From an uncultured Clostridia bacterium (GTDB taxonomy: Bacteria > Bacillota > Clostridia > TANB77 > CAG-465): a stretch of 64,000 nt of DNA. Each line of letters begins with the position of its first letter. Position 1 is the stretch's first letter. A model generated the notes under the pieces. It ran no database searches. It had not been told where the DNA came from and saw nothing but the letters and a program-made list of their open reading frames with translations. The stretch lies in assembly GCA_934149365.1 (NCBI GenBank), contig CAKPEI010000007.1, positions 126 to 64,125 on the forward strand, written 5' to 3'. This document shows, piece by piece, positions 28,371 to 38,968 of the stretch. The translations under genes were made by a program, and so were the position numbers.

Positions 28371-29739
28371 ATGGCAAAAGAAAAAGTAGTGTTTTTTTGT
28401 AAAGAATGCGGCTACGAGAGTGCAAAATGGCTTGGAAAATGTCCTGCTTGTAACAATTGGAATAGTTTTGTAGAAGAAAAAATAAAAACAAATGTTGCAA
28501 AAGGAAATACTAAATATAAAGTTGGAGAAAGCACAGTAAAAAAATTAAATGAAATACAGAATTTAGAAAAAAACAGACTAGATACAGGTTACGAAGAATT
28601 AAACAGAGTACTTGGACGGTGGCTTAGTAGATGGCTCACTAGTTCTTTTAGGCGGGGAACCTGGAATAGGTAAATCTACATTGGTACTTCAGGTTTGTAA
28701 TAATTTAACTAAACACGGAACATTGCTTTATGTATCTGGTGAGGAGTCTGATACTCAAATAAAAATGAGAGCAGATAGACTTAAAGTAAACAGTGATAAT
28801 ATACTTTTTTTAGGTGAAACCAATATAAACGAGATAGAGGCTCAAATAGAAAAAATAAATCCTAAGTTTTGTATTATAGACTCTATACAAACTATGTATG
28901 ATGAAGATATATCTTCTGCTTCTGGAAATATATCGCAGGTAAGAGAAGTTACAGCAAGGCTTATGAATATAGCAAAAAGCAAAAACATAAGTATGATAGT
29001 GATAGGTCATGTTACAAAAGATGGAAATATAGCAGGGCCTAGACTTCTAGAGCATATGGTGGATGTAGTGCTATATATTGAGGGAGAAAGATTTTTAAGC
29101 CATAGAATAATACGTGGCGTAAAAAATAGATTTGGCTCTACTAATGAAATAGGAATATTTGAAATGAGAGAAGAGGGGCTAGTTGAAGTAAACAACATGT
29201 CAGAAATATTTCTAAATAGAGATGAACAAGCTCTTCCTGGCACAGTTACTACAGCCATTTTAGAAGGTAATTCTACTCTTGCTATTGAAGTTCAGGCATT
29301 AACAACACATTCGTATTACAACATGCCACGAAGAGTATCAAATGGAGTAGATTTTAATAGACTAAACATGATAATAGCTGTTATAGAAAAAATGTGTGGT
29401 ATTAATTTGGGTACACAAGATATATATGTAAATGTAATTGGTGGACTTAAAATAACTGAGACTTCAGCAGATATTGCCATAGCTTTTGCAATAATTTCTA
29501 GTTATAAAGGAATACCTATTTCAAAAGATAGCATATTTTTAGGAGAAATGGCATTAAATGGTCAAATAAGGAATGTTGTTAATATAGAGAAAAGATTAAA
29601 AGAATTAGAAAAAATAGGGTATAAAAAAGTTTATGCTCCTAGGAAGCAACTAGAAAATTTAAAAGATACATATAATATAAAAATGATAAAATTAAATGAT
29701 ATTCAAACAATAGTAGAAAAGTTTTTAAACAGTAAATGA
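28371..29739 (+). pseudogene. radA: DNA repair protein RadA/Sms, interrupted by a +1 frameshift near 28617
   Basis: N-terminal Zn ribbon CKECGYE..CPACNNW. The reading frame then shifts. Walker A GGEPGIGKST and a Lon-like C-terminus continue in frame +1 from 28612; extra c in ggaCggtggc versus expected gga ggt ggc. Confidence 0.75.
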
Positions 29740-29749
29740 TAAAAAAGGG

Positions 29750-30832
29750 TTGATGAAAATGTTAGAAAAAGAAATGTTAGAAGTGATAAAGAAAATAGCA
29801 CCAGGAACAAGAATAAGGGAAGGATTAGATAATATTCTAAGAGCCAAAACGGGAGCACTTATTGTTGTAGGTGATAGTAGTGAAGTTATGCAAGTTGCAG
29901 ATGGTGGGTTTGAAATAAATCAGGAATATACACCTGCTAAAATATATGAACTTGCTAAAATGGACGGAGCAATAATTGTTAGTAAAGATTTTAAAAAGAT
30001 ATTGAAAGCAAATGTACAACTTATACCAGACCATAAAATACAAACAATAGAAACAGGTACAAGACATAGGGCAGCAGAAAGAACAGCAAAGCAAACAGGT
30101 GAATTAGTTATTTGTATTTCACATAGAAGAGGTATTATAACATTATTTTTAGGAAATACAAGATATATAATAAATGAAACAGATACTATTATAATGAGAG
30201 CAAACCAAGCCTTAGAAGTTATGGAAAAATATAAATCTGTATTTGACTATACTATATCAAACTTGAATGAGCAAGAACTTGAAAATATTGTTTCCTTAGA
30301 TGTTGTAACCAATGCTATATATCGTTCTGAAATGGTAATTAGAATGGAAGAAGAAGTTCAGAAAAATATAATTGAGCTTGGAACAGAAGGAAAACTTATA
30401 GAAATACAATTAAGACAACTTTTAAATGGTGTGGAAGCAGAAGAAAGAAAAATAATACAAGATTATATTGTAAATAGTAAAAAGACCAAACCAGGTATTG
30501 ATAAGACTGTTGAAGCAATAAGAAAACTAAGTAAAGAAGAAATACTAGCAGGTGAAAAAGTTGCTAAACTTCTAGGGTATAAGGTAGAGCCAAATATACT
30601 AGATGAGTCAGTAATTCCAAGAGGATATAGAATACTTAGTAAAATACCTAAAATGCCAAACAATATAATAGAAAATTTAATAGATGCTTTTTATAGCATT
30701 CAAGGTGTCAGAATGGCTACTGTAACAGAACTTGATGAAGTTGACGGAATAGGCGAAACAAGAGCGAAGATTATTAGTCAAACTCTAAGAAAGTTAGAAG
30801 AACAATATCTTATAAAAAATTACAAAATATAG
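29750..30832 (+). CDS. disA: DNA integrity scanning protein DisA (diadenylate cyclase)
   Basis: DAC domain N-terminus, C-terminal HhH; conserved radA-disA gene order. Confidence 0.9.
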   Translation: MMKMLEKEMLEVIKKIAPGTRIREGLDNILRAKTGALIVVGDSSEVMQVADGGFEINQEYTPAKIYELAKMDGAIIVSKDFKKILKANVQLIPDHKIQTIETGTRHRAAERTAKQTGELVICISHRRGIITLFLGNTRYIINETDTIIMRANQALEVMEKYKSVFDYTISNLNEQELENIVSLDVVTNAIYRSEMVIRMEEEVQKNIIELGTEGKLIEIQLRQLLNGVEAEERKIIQDYIVNSKKTKPGIDKTVEAIRKLSKEEILAGEKVAKLLGYKVEPNILDESVIPRGYRILSKIPKMPNNIIENLIDAFYSIQGVRMATVTELDEVDGIGETRAKIISQTLRKLEEQYLIKNYKI

Positions 30833-30954
30833 TAGAAAAATTATATCAATGTAACAAAAATATATTATTTGTGTTAAAATTTTATTACAGGTATTGTTAT
30901 ATGTAAAAATTAATGTTATACTTCGTATATGAAGTAACAGATGAGGAGGATATT

Positions 30955-31197
30955 ATGGAAGGTTTTTGGAAAAGAGAATGGAATTTATTTTTAAAAGATA
31001 TGCAAGAATTAGGTGAATTTTTCTTACAACCAGTAACATTTGGTAAAAAAGATTTAATGCTTAAACCAACTAAAGAAGAGGTTATAGAAAAATCTGAAAC
31101 TATAGGAACTTCTTTCTGGCAAAGAGAAAAACAAGCTTTCTTAAATGACATGCAAGAATTAGGTGAATTCTTCATGCAACCAGTATCTTTTAAATAG
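30955..31197 (+). CDS. small protein composed of two tandem copies of a ~31-aa motif
   Basis: FWKREWNLFLKDMQELGEFFLQPVTF / FWQREKQAFLNDMQELGEFFMQPVSF; SD gaggagga before ATG 30955. Confidence 0.4.
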   Translation: MEGFWKREWNLFLKDMQELGEFFLQPVTFGKKDLMLKPTKEEVIEKSETIGTSFWQREKQAFLNDMQELGEFFMQPVSFK

Positions 31198-31220
31198 TAT
31201 AGAATGTTTAGATAGATATA

Positions 31221-31262
31221 GGCATACAAATAGCTCTAAAAAGGGCTATGTTTGTATGCTTT
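31221..31262 (+). terminator. rho-independent terminator
   Basis: gcatacaaa...tttgtatgc stem followed by ttttctgtttt. Confidence 0.5.
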
Positions 31263-31286
31263 TCTGTTTTATGTTTTAATATATAA

Positions 31287-31320
31287 AAAAGGAGCTTTTA
31301 CATAAGCTCCTTGATTTAGT
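31287..31320. terminator. bidirectional terminator hairpin (aaggagctt/aagctcctt)
   Basis: 9-bp stem flanked by A5 on the plus strand and T-run on the minus strand; sits at the 3' end of the minus-strand dehydrogenase gene. Confidence 0.55.
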
Positions 31321-32293
31321 TATTTACTACAAGTTCATCTATATTTGATATTGTTTTAGCAATAATTCTTTGTACAGCTTCAATACTATTAAAAGCATTA
31401 TGCGGTGTTATTACAACGTTTGGTAGTTCAGTAAGCTTCTTGTTAAGTTCAATTGCTTTAGAAGCTTCTTTTATTGGAGAGTTAAACATATTTTCTTCTA
31501 TCATTAAATTTTCACCCTCTAATACATCTAGACCTGCACCATATATTTTCCCTGATTCAATATGTTTTATTAAATCGTTAGTTTTTACTAAATCACCTCT
31601 TGCTGTATTTATAAGAATAGAGCCATCTTTCATTTTGCTTAATGTTTCATCATTTATCATATGGTGAGTATATTTGTTTGAAGGAACGTGTAATGTTACA
31701 ATGTCTGATGTTTCTAAAAGTTCGTCTAAAGAAACATACTTGAAGTTTATAATTTCTGCTAAAAACTCATCTTGTTTTATATCATAAACTCTAACATGCA
31801 TTCCAAAACTTCTAGCCATTCTTGCAACATGAAGTCCAATTCTACCTCCACCTATAATACCAATTGTTTTATTCTTTAAATCAAATCCCATTAAACCATC
31901 AGTTGAGAAGTTCCCATTACATGTACTTATGTAAGACTCGTTAATTTTTCTAGATAAAGAAAGCATAAGTGCAAATGTATGCTCTGCAACTGTATTTTCA
32001 CCATATAGTGGAACATTCTTTACAGCAATATTTTTTTCTTCTGCATACGCAACATCTATGTGGTCAGTTCCAGTGGAACGAGTTGCAATCATTTTTAAAT
32101 TAGGGCAAGCTTTAATAGTTTCTTTAGATACTTTTGAATGTACAAAAACACAAATAGCATCACTATCTTCATACTCTTTAATATCAACGTTTTGTAATGG
32201 CTCAGAAAAAAATCTGGCTGTATTATGTTTGTTAAAAACCTTATCAAATTCTTCTTTTTCCATATCTGTAACTTCAAAAAATGAAATAATCAT
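31316..32293 (-). CDS. D-isomer-specific 2-hydroxyacid dehydrogenase (D-lactate/glycerate dehydrogenase family)
   Basis: NAD-binding GIIGGGRIGLHVARM, catalytic His/Glu region, 325 aa. Confidence 0.85.
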   Translation of the reverse strand: MIISFFEVTDMEKEEFDKVFNKHNTARFFSEPLQNVDIKEYEDSDAICVFVHSKVSKETIKACPNLKMIATRSTGTDHIDVAYAEEKNIAVKNVPLYGENTVAEHTFALMLSLSRKINESYISTCNGNFSTDGLMGFDLKNKTIGIIGGGRIGLHVARMARSFGMHVRVYDIKQDEFLAEIINFKYVSLDELLETSDIVTLHVPSNKYTHHMINDETLSKMKDGSILINTARGDLVKTNDLIKHIESGKIYGAGLDVLEGENLMIEENMFNSPIKEASKAIELNKKLTELPNVVITPHNAFNSIEAVQRIIAKTISNIDELVVNN

Positions 32294-32494
32294 AAATAAC
32301 CTCCTAAAATATATAATTATTATTTGAAATTACATACATTATATACTAAAAGTATAAAAATACAAATATAATATCTAAATAAATGTAGATAGATAATTAA
32401 ATAAAAGGCAAAAGGAAAAATGTTGACATGATTAATAAAATATAGTATATTGAAAAAGAGCGAATAAGCTCCTAAATGAAAAGGAGGAATATAT

Positions 32495-32917
32495 ATGGAT
32501 TACACAGAATATGGAACAATGTTAATATCAGAAGCACCAGAAGCTACTATATTTGGATTTATAGCTGGACTTGGAGCCACTGTTTGGGTTGTATCTTTGG
32601 TTATTGGAATAATATCTATAATAGCATTATGGATGGTATTTGAAAAAGCAGGTAAACCTGGTTGGGCATCAATTATTCCAATATATAATGCTGTTGTTTT
32701 ACTTAATATAGCTGGTTTTTCAGGATGGTATATATTGCTAATGTTAATTCCTATAGTAAATGTTTTCTTTGGCTTTTACATGAATATTAAACTAGCAAAA
32801 GCATTTGGAAAATCTACAGGCTTCGGAATTGGTTTAATACTATTAAACACAATTTTTGTTGCAATATTAGCATTTGGAGATTCAAAATATATCGGAAACA
32901 AAAAAGTAGAAGCATAA
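32495..32917 (+). CDS. hypothetical small polytopic membrane protein
   Basis: 140 aa, 4 TM. Confidence 0.35.
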   Translation: MDYTEYGTMLISEAPEATIFGFIAGLGATVWVVSLVIGIISIIALWMVFEKAGKPGWASIIPIYNAVVLLNIAGFSGWYILLMLIPIVNVFFGFYMNIKLAKAFGKSTGFGIGLILLNTIFVAILAFGDSKYIGNKKVEA

Positions 32918-33034
32918 TATATAAATATGTATGCACATAAGGTGAGTGATGTTGTTTATGAAACATCACTTGCTTTTTTTACGCATATATTATATATTTT
33001 ATTAAAATTAAAAGTAATAAAGGAGTGGAATTTT

Positions 33035-34054
33035 ATGATAATAAGATATCCTAGGCAAGTTAAAGAAGGAGATTATGTTGGAATAACAGCAATATCTAGT
33101 GCAGCTAATTTAGATAAGGTAGAAGTAGCAGAGAACAATTTAAAAAAGTTAGGATTTAATATAAAAGAAACAGAGAATGTACGAACGGTATATAAACTTG
33201 TAAGTTCAAGTGGAAAAGAAAGAGCAAATCAGTTTATGAAACTTTGGGAAGATGAAGAGGTATCATACATAATAGCCGCAAGAGGTGGAGAGTTTGCTAT
33301 GGAAATGTTACCATATTTGCATGATTACAAAGAGAAATTAAATACTCTTGCACCAAAATGGATGCAAGGCTATTCTGATACTAGTTTGATTAATTTCTAT
33401 TTAACAACAAACTATAATATTGCAACAGTACATAGTCAAAATCTTGGAGACTATGCAATGAGAAAATTACATCATTCATTACTTGATGCAATTAATATGG
33501 TAAAACTAGAAGAAGGTAAAGAATATATAGAGGAAAGCTTTTATAAATTTGCCAAAAGAGATGAAGAAAATGATGTAGAAGCGGAGTATGAGTTAGTATA
33601 TGATAATGAGTATAAAACATTAGATGGTAAAAAAGAATGCAAAGTATCTGGAAGAGCTATAGGAGGCTGTATTGATGTTATAAAAACAGTAATAGGCACA
33701 CCATATGATAATGTTAAGAATTTTTGTAATCAGTTTGAAGAAGGTATGATTTGGTGTATTGAAAATTGTGAACTTTCTGTACCAGATTTATACAGGGCTT
33801 TGTGGCAAATGAGAGAAGCTGGTTGGTTTGATAATGTAAAAGCATTTTTAATAGGTAGAACATATAGTAAAGAGGAAGTAGGAGAATTTACATATCAAAA
33901 TGCAATAGAGGATGCATTAGGCTTTTTCAACGTACCTATAATATATGATATAGACATAGGGCATGTCCCACCACAAATTACATTTGTAAATGGTGCATAT
34001 TTGGAGTTTGAATATAAAGCGGGAAAAGGGAAATTTATTCAAAAATATATTTAG
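33035..34054 (+). CDS. LD-carboxypeptidase (peptidase S66)
   Basis: GYSDTS nucleophile motif, S66 His/Glu region. Start set at the SD-preceded ATG 33035. Confidence 0.75.
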   Translation: MIIRYPRQVKEGDYVGITAISSAANLDKVEVAENNLKKLGFNIKETENVRTVYKLVSSSGKERANQFMKLWEDEEVSYIIAARGGEFAMEMLPYLHDYKEKLNTLAPKWMQGYSDTSLINFYLTTNYNIATVHSQNLGDYAMRKLHHSLLDAINMVKLEEGKEYIEESFYKFAKRDEENDVEAEYELVYDNEYKTLDGKKECKVSGRAIGGCIDVIKTVIGTPYDNVKNFCNQFEEGMIWCIENCELSVPDLYRALWQMREAGWFDNVKAFLIGRTYSKEEVGEFTYQNAIEDALGFFNVPIIYDIDIGHVPPQITFVNGAYLEFEYKAGKGKFIQKYI

Positions 34055-34267
34055 TGTGTCAGAACAATTTACTGATGGCAGTAAGATGTAAAAGTGTGCG
34101 AATAGTGAAGATTATAAACCAATTTGATATATTTATCACTTAATAGCCTAAAATAGGGATAGTAGAAAAAAGTTGTTGTTTTGTCTAAATCATATTCAGT
34201 AGTACAAACTATTTTATGAAGCAAAGCGCAAAAAGGAAAATTCATTCAAAAATATATTTAACGTACA

Positions 34268-34304
34268 CACCTTAATGTAGTTTAAAATAAAATACATTAA
34301 GGTG
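34268..34304 (+). promoter_or_regulatory. perfect 12-bp hairpin sequestering the cysE Shine-Dalgarno
   Basis: caccttaatgta-13nt-tacattaaggtg. The 3' arm contains AAGGTGG 5 nt before the ATG at 34310. Confidence 0.5.
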
Positions 34305-34309
34305 GTTTT

Positions 34310-34834
34310 ATGTTTAAATTTTTTAAAGAATTATATGAAGATGCAAAGAATATAAAAGAAAAGGATCCTGCCACTAAAAGCATAATAGAAGTTGTTTTAT
34401 TATACCCAGGTTTCCACGCAGTATTATGGCATAGATTATCGCACAAACTGTATAAAATAGGGTTAAGGTTTTTACCAAGATTAATATCTCAAATTGTAAG
34501 AGGATTTACTGGAATAGAAATACATCCGGGGGCTAAGATAGGAAGAAGACTTTTTATAGATCATGGAATGGGAATTGTAATAGGCGAAACTGCAGAAGTT
34601 GGAAATGATTGCACAATATATCATGGAGCTACTTTAGGAGGAACAGGAAAGGACATAAATAAAAGACATCCAACAATAGGAAACAATGTTATGGTGGGAA
34701 CAGGTGCAAAGATATTAGGTCCAATAGAAATAGCCAGCAACATAAAAATAGGTGCAGGTGCAGTTGTTTTAAAAGAATGCTTAGAAGAAAATGTTACATT
34801 AGTTGGTATGCCCGCAAGAGTGGTTAAAAAATAG
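34310..34834 (+). CDS. cysE: serine O-acetyltransferase
   Basis: CysE N-terminal helical block plus hexapeptide repeats, 174 aa. Confidence 0.9.
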   Translation: MFKFFKELYEDAKNIKEKDPATKSIIEVVLLYPGFHAVLWHRLSHKLYKIGLRFLPRLISQIVRGFTGIEIHPGAKIGRRLFIDHGMGIVIGETAEVGNDCTIYHGATLGGTGKDINKRHPTIGNNVMVGTGAKILGPIEIASNIKIGAGAVVLKECLEENVTLVGMPARVVKK

Positions 34835-34988
34835 ATAAAATTCATAAATAGTCATATATATAAATGTGATATATAGACTATTTATTTTTTGCCTAAAACA
34901 CAAAAAAGTTACACAATATTTATTGCATACGAAAATATATATGGTATAATTATGACTAGGTTGTAATTATTATGAAGGGAGGTATATT

Positions 34989-36185
34989 GTGCGAAAAAAA
35001 ATATTAATAGCAGTGAGTATTTTTTTGGGTATGATAGTATTTTTGAATAGTTCTTATGCTATTATAGAAAAAGTGCAAGATGAAAATATATTTCAAAATA
35101 CACCCGCTGTAATTATTGAAGATAAAGGAATAGAAAATACTGAGGAAGCGACAAACGAAATGTCTTCTGGTAGAGTGCAAAACCTAGTTGTAGAGGTATT
35201 GTCAGGAGAAAAGAAAGGCAACAAATATAACGCGACATATACGGTATCAGCAAGAGAAGATAGTACATTTAAATTTGATATATTAAAAGTTGGTGATAAG
35301 GTTTACCTTACAATAGACGAAAGAATGGAAGAACCACTTGTTTATGTATCAGGGATACAAAGGCATACTGCACTTGCTGTTTTGGCAATAATATTTTTAC
35401 TATCTATAGTTATAGTTGGTAGAAAAAAAGGTCTGAAAACTATAATATCACTTGCAATAACAATAGCAATTGTGTTCTTTTGGGCACTGCCAAGAATTAT
35501 AAATGGAGCAAGTCCTTTATGGGTCGCAATAACAGTGAGCTCTGTTATAACAATAGTGACATACATAATAATTAGTGGGTTTAACAAGAAAACAGTGGCA
35601 GCCATATTAGGTACAGTAGGAGGACTGTTGCTTTCAGCGATAGTTGTATTAATATTTGGTTATGTTACAAGATTATCTGGATTAAATGAAGAGACTATGT
35701 ATTTGTTTTTCTTGCCACAAGGGATAAAATTTGACCTAGTTGAAATAATATTTGCTGGAATAATAATTGGTGCTTTAGGAGCATGTATGGATATGGCAAT
35801 GTCTATTGCTTCGGCACTTGAAGAAATAAAAAAGGAAAATCCGTCGGCTGGAAAGGTAACTCTTTTTAAAGCAGGAATGAATATAGGAAAAGATGTAATG
35901 GGAACAAACACAAATACTTTAATACTTGCGTATGTTGGAAGTTCACTTACAATACTTATATTATACATGGCTTATGGAATGAGTTTTTCGGAAATAGCAG
36001 ATGTTGAGGTTGTAGCGGAAGCTATAATACGTTCACTAGCAGGAAGTATCGGGTTAATAGGCGTAATACCACTTACTGCATTTATAAGTAGTTTGTTATA
36101 TTCTAAAAACGGGGAATATGAAGAATATGAGGACTCTGATGAATACGAAGAGGACGAAGACGAATTATATGAGGAGGAAGAATAA
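34989..36185 (+). CDS. YibE/F family membrane protein with acidic (E/D/Y-rich) C-terminal tail
   Basis: polytopic; YibE/F-like blocks; C-terminal EYEEYEDSDEYEEDEDELYEEEE. Confidence 0.6.
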   Translation: MRKKILIAVSIFLGMIVFLNSSYAIIEKVQDENIFQNTPAVIIEDKGIENTEEATNEMSSGRVQNLVVEVLSGEKKGNKYNATYTVSAREDSTFKFDILKVGDKVYLTIDERMEEPLVYVSGIQRHTALAVLAIIFLLSIVIVGRKKGLKTIISLAITIAIVFFWALPRIINGASPLWVAITVSSVITIVTYIIISGFNKKTVAAILGTVGGLLLSAIVVLIFGYVTRLSGLNEETMYLFFLPQGIKFDLVEIIFAGIIIGALGACMDMAMSIASALEEIKKENPSAGKVTLFKAGMNIGKDVMGTNTNTLILAYVGSSLTILILYMAYGMSFSEIADVEVVAEAIIRSLAGSIGLIGVIPLTAFISSLLYSKNGEYEEYEDSDEYEEDEDELYEEEE

Positions 36186-37888
36186 TGGCAAAAGAAATTA
36201 TTCATTATGATGTAAGAAAAATAAGAGATGTAAAAGATTTAGTAAACAGTAGTGCAGAAATATATCAAAACAAAGCTGCATATTTAGTAAAAAACTCTAT
36301 GAGAGAGTACGAAGAGGTAAGCTTTAATCAAGCTAAAAATAATATGGATGAATTAGGTACTGCCCTTATAAACTTAGGACTTAAAGGAGAAAAAATAGCT
36401 GTAATAGGAGAAAATAGATATGAATGGGCAATATCATATTTAGCTGTAATTTGTGGAACAGGAATTGTTGTACCACTAGATAGAATGCTTCCTGAAAATG
36501 AAATAGAAAGTTGTTTGAAAAGAGGAGAAGTAACAGCAGTTATTTATTCTGATAGAGTAAAAGATGAAATAACGAATATATCAGAAAGATTAGATAATGT
36601 TAAATATTTTATTGGAATGGACTTAAAAGAAGAAGTAGGAAAATTTAAATCTTTAGAACTATTATTAAAAAGAGGAAGAACACTTTTAGATGAAGGAAAC
36701 AGAGATTTCTTAGATGCTGAGATTGATGTAAATGAGGTTGCAGAGATATTGTTCACATCTGGAACTACATCTGAATCAAAAGCAGTAATGCTATCACATA
36801 ATAATTTGGCATTTAACATTATGAATCAATGTTCAATGTTATATATTGATGATAAAGATATATTCTTATCAATACTTCCTATACATCATGTATATGAATG
36901 TGTATGTGGTTTCTTAACACCTTTTTATAGAGGTTGTACAGTAGCATACTGTGAGGGCTTAAAATATATACAAAAAAATATGCAGGAAGCAAAAGTTACA
37001 ATGATGTTAGGTGTACCTTTAATATTTGAAACCATGTATAGAAAGATATGGAAAGAAATAGAAAAACAAGGAAAAGAAAAATTAGTTAAAAGTATGATAA
37101 AAATAACTAATGCACTAGGACCAGTTGGAAAGAAAATGAAAAAGAAAGTTTTCAAAAGTATATATGACCAATTTGGCGGAAATATACGTCTATTTATAGC
37201 TGGTGCAGCTGCTATAAATCCAGAAGTTTCAAAAGGCTTTAAAGATTTTGGAATATTAGCTCTTCAAGGTTATGGCCTTTCTGAATGTGCACCTATAGTT
37301 GCATTAAACCCAAATACTTGTCCTAAAGACGATGCAGCAGGATTACCTTTGTTTAATACTGATGTTAAAATTGTGGATAAAAACAAAGAAGGTGTAGGAG
37401 AAATAGTAACAAAAGGTGAGCATGTAATGCTTGGTTACTATAAAGATGAAAATGCTACTAAAGAGGTTATGAAGAATGGTTACTTCTATACAGGCGACTT
37501 AGGTTATTTAGATGAAGAAGGTTATGTTCATATAACTGGAAGAAAGAAGAATGTTATAATAACTAAAAATGGTAAGAATGTATATCCTGAAGAAATAGAA
37601 GGATTATTAAATGACTTGCCATATGTCAAGGAAACCATGGTATATGGAAAGAAAGAAAAAAATGATATTCTTTTATCAGTGCAAGTTCTAGTAGATAGAG
37701 ATAAAATCAAAGAAGAAAAAGGTGACATTTCTGAAGAACAAGTTAAAGATATAATTTGGTCAGAAATAAAGAAAGTAAATGAAGGCTTAGTTCAATACAA
37801 GAGAATAAAAAATCTAGAATTAAGAGATAAAGAATTTGAAAAAACTACTACTATGAAAATAAAAAGATATAAAGAGAATGTAAATTAG
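36185..37888 (+). CDS. AMP-dependent (long-chain) fatty-acid--CoA ligase
   Basis: AMP-binding motif TSGTTSESKAV, 567 aa. Confidence 0.85.
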   Translation: MAKEIIHYDVRKIRDVKDLVNSSAEIYQNKAAYLVKNSMREYEEVSFNQAKNNMDELGTALINLGLKGEKIAVIGENRYEWAISYLAVICGTGIVVPLDRMLPENEIESCLKRGEVTAVIYSDRVKDEITNISERLDNVKYFIGMDLKEEVGKFKSLELLLKRGRTLLDEGNRDFLDAEIDVNEVAEILFTSGTTSESKAVMLSHNNLAFNIMNQCSMLYIDDKDIFLSILPIHHVYECVCGFLTPFYRGCTVAYCEGLKYIQKNMQEAKVTMMLGVPLIFETMYRKIWKEIEKQGKEKLVKSMIKITNALGPVGKKMKKKVFKSIYDQFGGNIRLFIAGAAAINPEVSKGFKDFGILALQGYGLSECAPIVALNPNTCPKDDAAGLPLFNTDVKIVDKNKEGVGEIVTKGEHVMLGYYKDENATKEVMKNGYFYTGDLGYLDEEGYVHITGRKKNVIITKNGKNVYPEEIEGLLNDLPYVKETMVYGKKEKNDILLSVQVLVDRDKIKEEKGDISEEQVKDIIWSEIKKVNEGLVQYKRIKNLELRDKEFEKTTTMKIKRYKENVN

Positions 37889-37896
37889 TTTTAAAA

Positions 37897-37930
37897 GAGG
37901 AAGAAAGTCAAAATTTCTTCCTCTTTTTGC
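37897..37930 (+). terminator. rho-independent terminator (agaggaagaaa/tttcttcctct)
   Basis: 11-bp stem followed by ttttg. Confidence 0.6.
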
Positions 37931-38053
37931 TATTAGAAAAAAATAAAAAGTAAAATATTTAAAAAAGTTATTTCTGAAATGAGAAATAACTTTTTATAAC
38001 GTAAAAAATGTAAAAGGAGTATTTTGCATAAAAAAAGCATATATTAATATCAG

Positions 38054-38719
38054 GTGATGTTATATATGCCAAAGAAAAAAATTGAAATAAATGAAATTAT
38101 AAGCTGGATAGTTAGAGTATTACTTCTTGTTGCTATAGCTGAGAGTATATATACTAAAAAATATCAAAATACATTTATAGGAGTAATATCAATTATAATG
38201 ACATTTTACCCTAGTATTTTGAAGAAGAAATTAAGAGTATACCTGCCATCAAGTTTACAAATAATTATAACTCTATTTATATTTGCTGCTGAATTTTTAG
38301 GAGAATTTTATGAGTTTTATTACAAAATACCTTGGTGGGACAATATGTTACACTGTATATCAGGTAGTGTACTTGGAATAGTAGGCTTTATGTTTGTATA
38401 TTTTTTAAACAAAACCCATATAAAAAGAACAAAATTAAGTCCGTTTTTTATAGCTTTATTTGCATTTTGCTTTTCAATAACTATAGGTGTATTTTGGGAG
38501 TTTTTTGAGTTCTCGGTAGATAGATTATTAGGTTTTAATATGCAAAAATTCAGAATGCCAGGAGAAGATGGATTAGTAGATACTATGATAGATTTGTTTG
38601 TAGATGCATTAGGTGCTTTTGTTGTTTCTGCTATTGGTTATGTCTATATGAAAAGAAATAAAAAAACTAGAGTAGAAGCTTGGATGCAAGAGCAAAGTAA
38701 ACTTGAAATGGGAGAATAA
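38054..38719 (+). CDS. hypothetical polytopic membrane protein
   Basis: 221 aa, ~6 TM. Confidence 0.35.
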   Translation: MMLYMPKKKIEINEIISWIVRVLLLVAIAESIYTKKYQNTFIGVISIIMTFYPSILKKKLRVYLPSSLQIIITLFIFAAEFLGEFYEFYYKIPWWDNMLHCISGSVLGIVGFMFVYFLNKTHIKRTKLSPFFIALFAFCFSITIGVFWEFFEFSVDRLLGFNMQKFRMPGEDGLVDTMIDLFVDALGAFVVSAIGYVYMKRNKKTRVEAWMQEQSKLEMGE

Positions 38720-38749
38720 TTGTTACAATAAAATTACAAATAAATAAAA

Positions 38750-38968
38750 TAACACAAAAAGTGTTGAAAAAAGTAATGATATACAGTAGAATAAAAACGT
38801 GAAAAAAATAACAAGAAAAAGAAAAGAGATGAAATTAGTTATATGCTGAAAGTATATAACTAGCTTTTTGTATTAAAAATAAAATAGAAAACTAAAGGTA
38901 TAAACATAGTAAAAAACTATGATTATATAAATAATTTGTCCAAAGGAAAAATACGAAGGGAGAAAAAT
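38750..38968 (+). promoter_or_regulatory. conserved leader module D preceding paralog p4
   Basis: TTGAAA(38764)-N17-TAGAAT(38787), tataactagctttttg, ggtataaacatag; a more diverged copy. Confidence 0.6.

Noticed and set aside
34055-34310. T-box riboswitch upstream of cysE
   Set aside because: No specifier loop, AGAGA or GNUGA elements, or T-box consensus (AGGGTGGNACCGCG) is present. Only a simple SD-sequestering hairpin.
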